64,000 bases of DNA from Yuukianura sp. NJ FZ-2021 (Eukaryota), in assembly GCA_046563655.1 (NCBI GenBank), contig JAJCTO010000014.1, positions 124,001 through 188,000 on the forward strand. Reading direction: 5' to 3'. Shown piece by piece: positions 63,301 through 64,000 of the stretch. The position numbers and the translations under genes are program-made. The notes under the pieces were generated by a model. That model saw only the letters and a list, made by a program, of their open reading frames with translations. It ran no database searches and was not told the origin of the DNA. The stretch's first letter is position 1. The number at the start of each line of letters is the position of its first letter.

Positions 63301-64000
63301 CCGTTCGGAAGTATCAATGGAATTCACAAAAAGATTGACGAACCAGGACAGAGAGTATTGGTACATTGGATCAATTCCGGCCAAATCAGCGATACAGAAG
63401 AACAGTACTGACGAATACTCTGAAATTGAAGTGTACTCTTCACGCTTTTCGTTCAATTTCTTGGCAGTTTCTTCAGCTCCGGCTTGCTTTGATTCGATTT
63501 CATTCGCCAGCAATTTGGAAGAACTCAAAACATTCACGGCTGTCTCATCTTCTAAGATATTTCCTTTGGAAGTGCTCAGAACCTCCAGAATTTTGTCTTC
63601 GATTTCTTTCAGTTGCCTGTAAAAGAAACAAAATTTCAAAAATTGCAGAGTTTCTTATTGTTTCTAAACGTACCGTTTGTTTTGTGCTGTTTGAACAGTC
63701 ATTTGTAGCCGTTCTTCTTCCAGTTCTGGATTTTCCCGAGCAACTACAATTCCAAGCAATTGATCCTGTAGACCCAGCGGAGTAATCATGAAGTTCAGCA
63801 GCGTCACTTTGACGGAAGTTTCTGGCAGGTAGTGGGGATTTCGCAATTTAGTTGTGATGTACATCCGGAAATTTTCAGAGTACTCGAGCACAGTTTCTCC
63901 CAATTTGATACAGAGTGACCCACTTTGACGAAATGTTTGCTTCAGCAGTACCGGCTCCAGTACGGGGTCCAGTTCTTCCATAACGTTTTCAATCAAGAAC
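60335..64000 (-). CDS. Axonemal dynein heavy chain (inner-arm, DNAH3/7/12-like), 3' portion; gene continues beyond the window
   Basis: AAA5/AAA6 and C-terminal motifs: [80 protein letters not shown]. Confidence 0.95.

Overview
AT-rich, intron-dense eukaryotic DNA with short (~60-90 bp) GT-AG introns; it looks like a compact invertebrate/arthropod genome (inference). The main feature is an intact-looking 8567-bp DNA transposon at 1373-9939. It has TAT...ATA termini, a perfect 6-bp TSD (TACACT) and ~490-bp TIRs made of ~30-bp tandem units. It carries three spliced genes with open frames: an IS3/IS481-type DDE transposase, a HECT-type E3 ubiquitin ligase, and a CCHC-knuckle/coiled-coil/RING protein. 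This fits the IS3EU group. The element also holds 15 perfect 14-18 bp palindromes with a shared GCGC/CGCG core and co-varying arms, including one in every transposase intron. Host genes: CDC73, a single-chain four-repeat cyclic-nucleotide-binding channel (CNGK/tetraKCNG-like, non-canonical pores), SSR3, MEPCE/Bin3, a tandem-DCX protein, an unknown ORF pair, Ptf1a/Fer1 bHLH, a secreted knottin, a SAM protein and the 3' part of an axonemal dynein heavy chain. Other repeats: a deleted hAT transposon, several MITEs with 8-bp TSDs, a solo LTR and foldback elements. Gene models were spliced by eye and no database searches were run.
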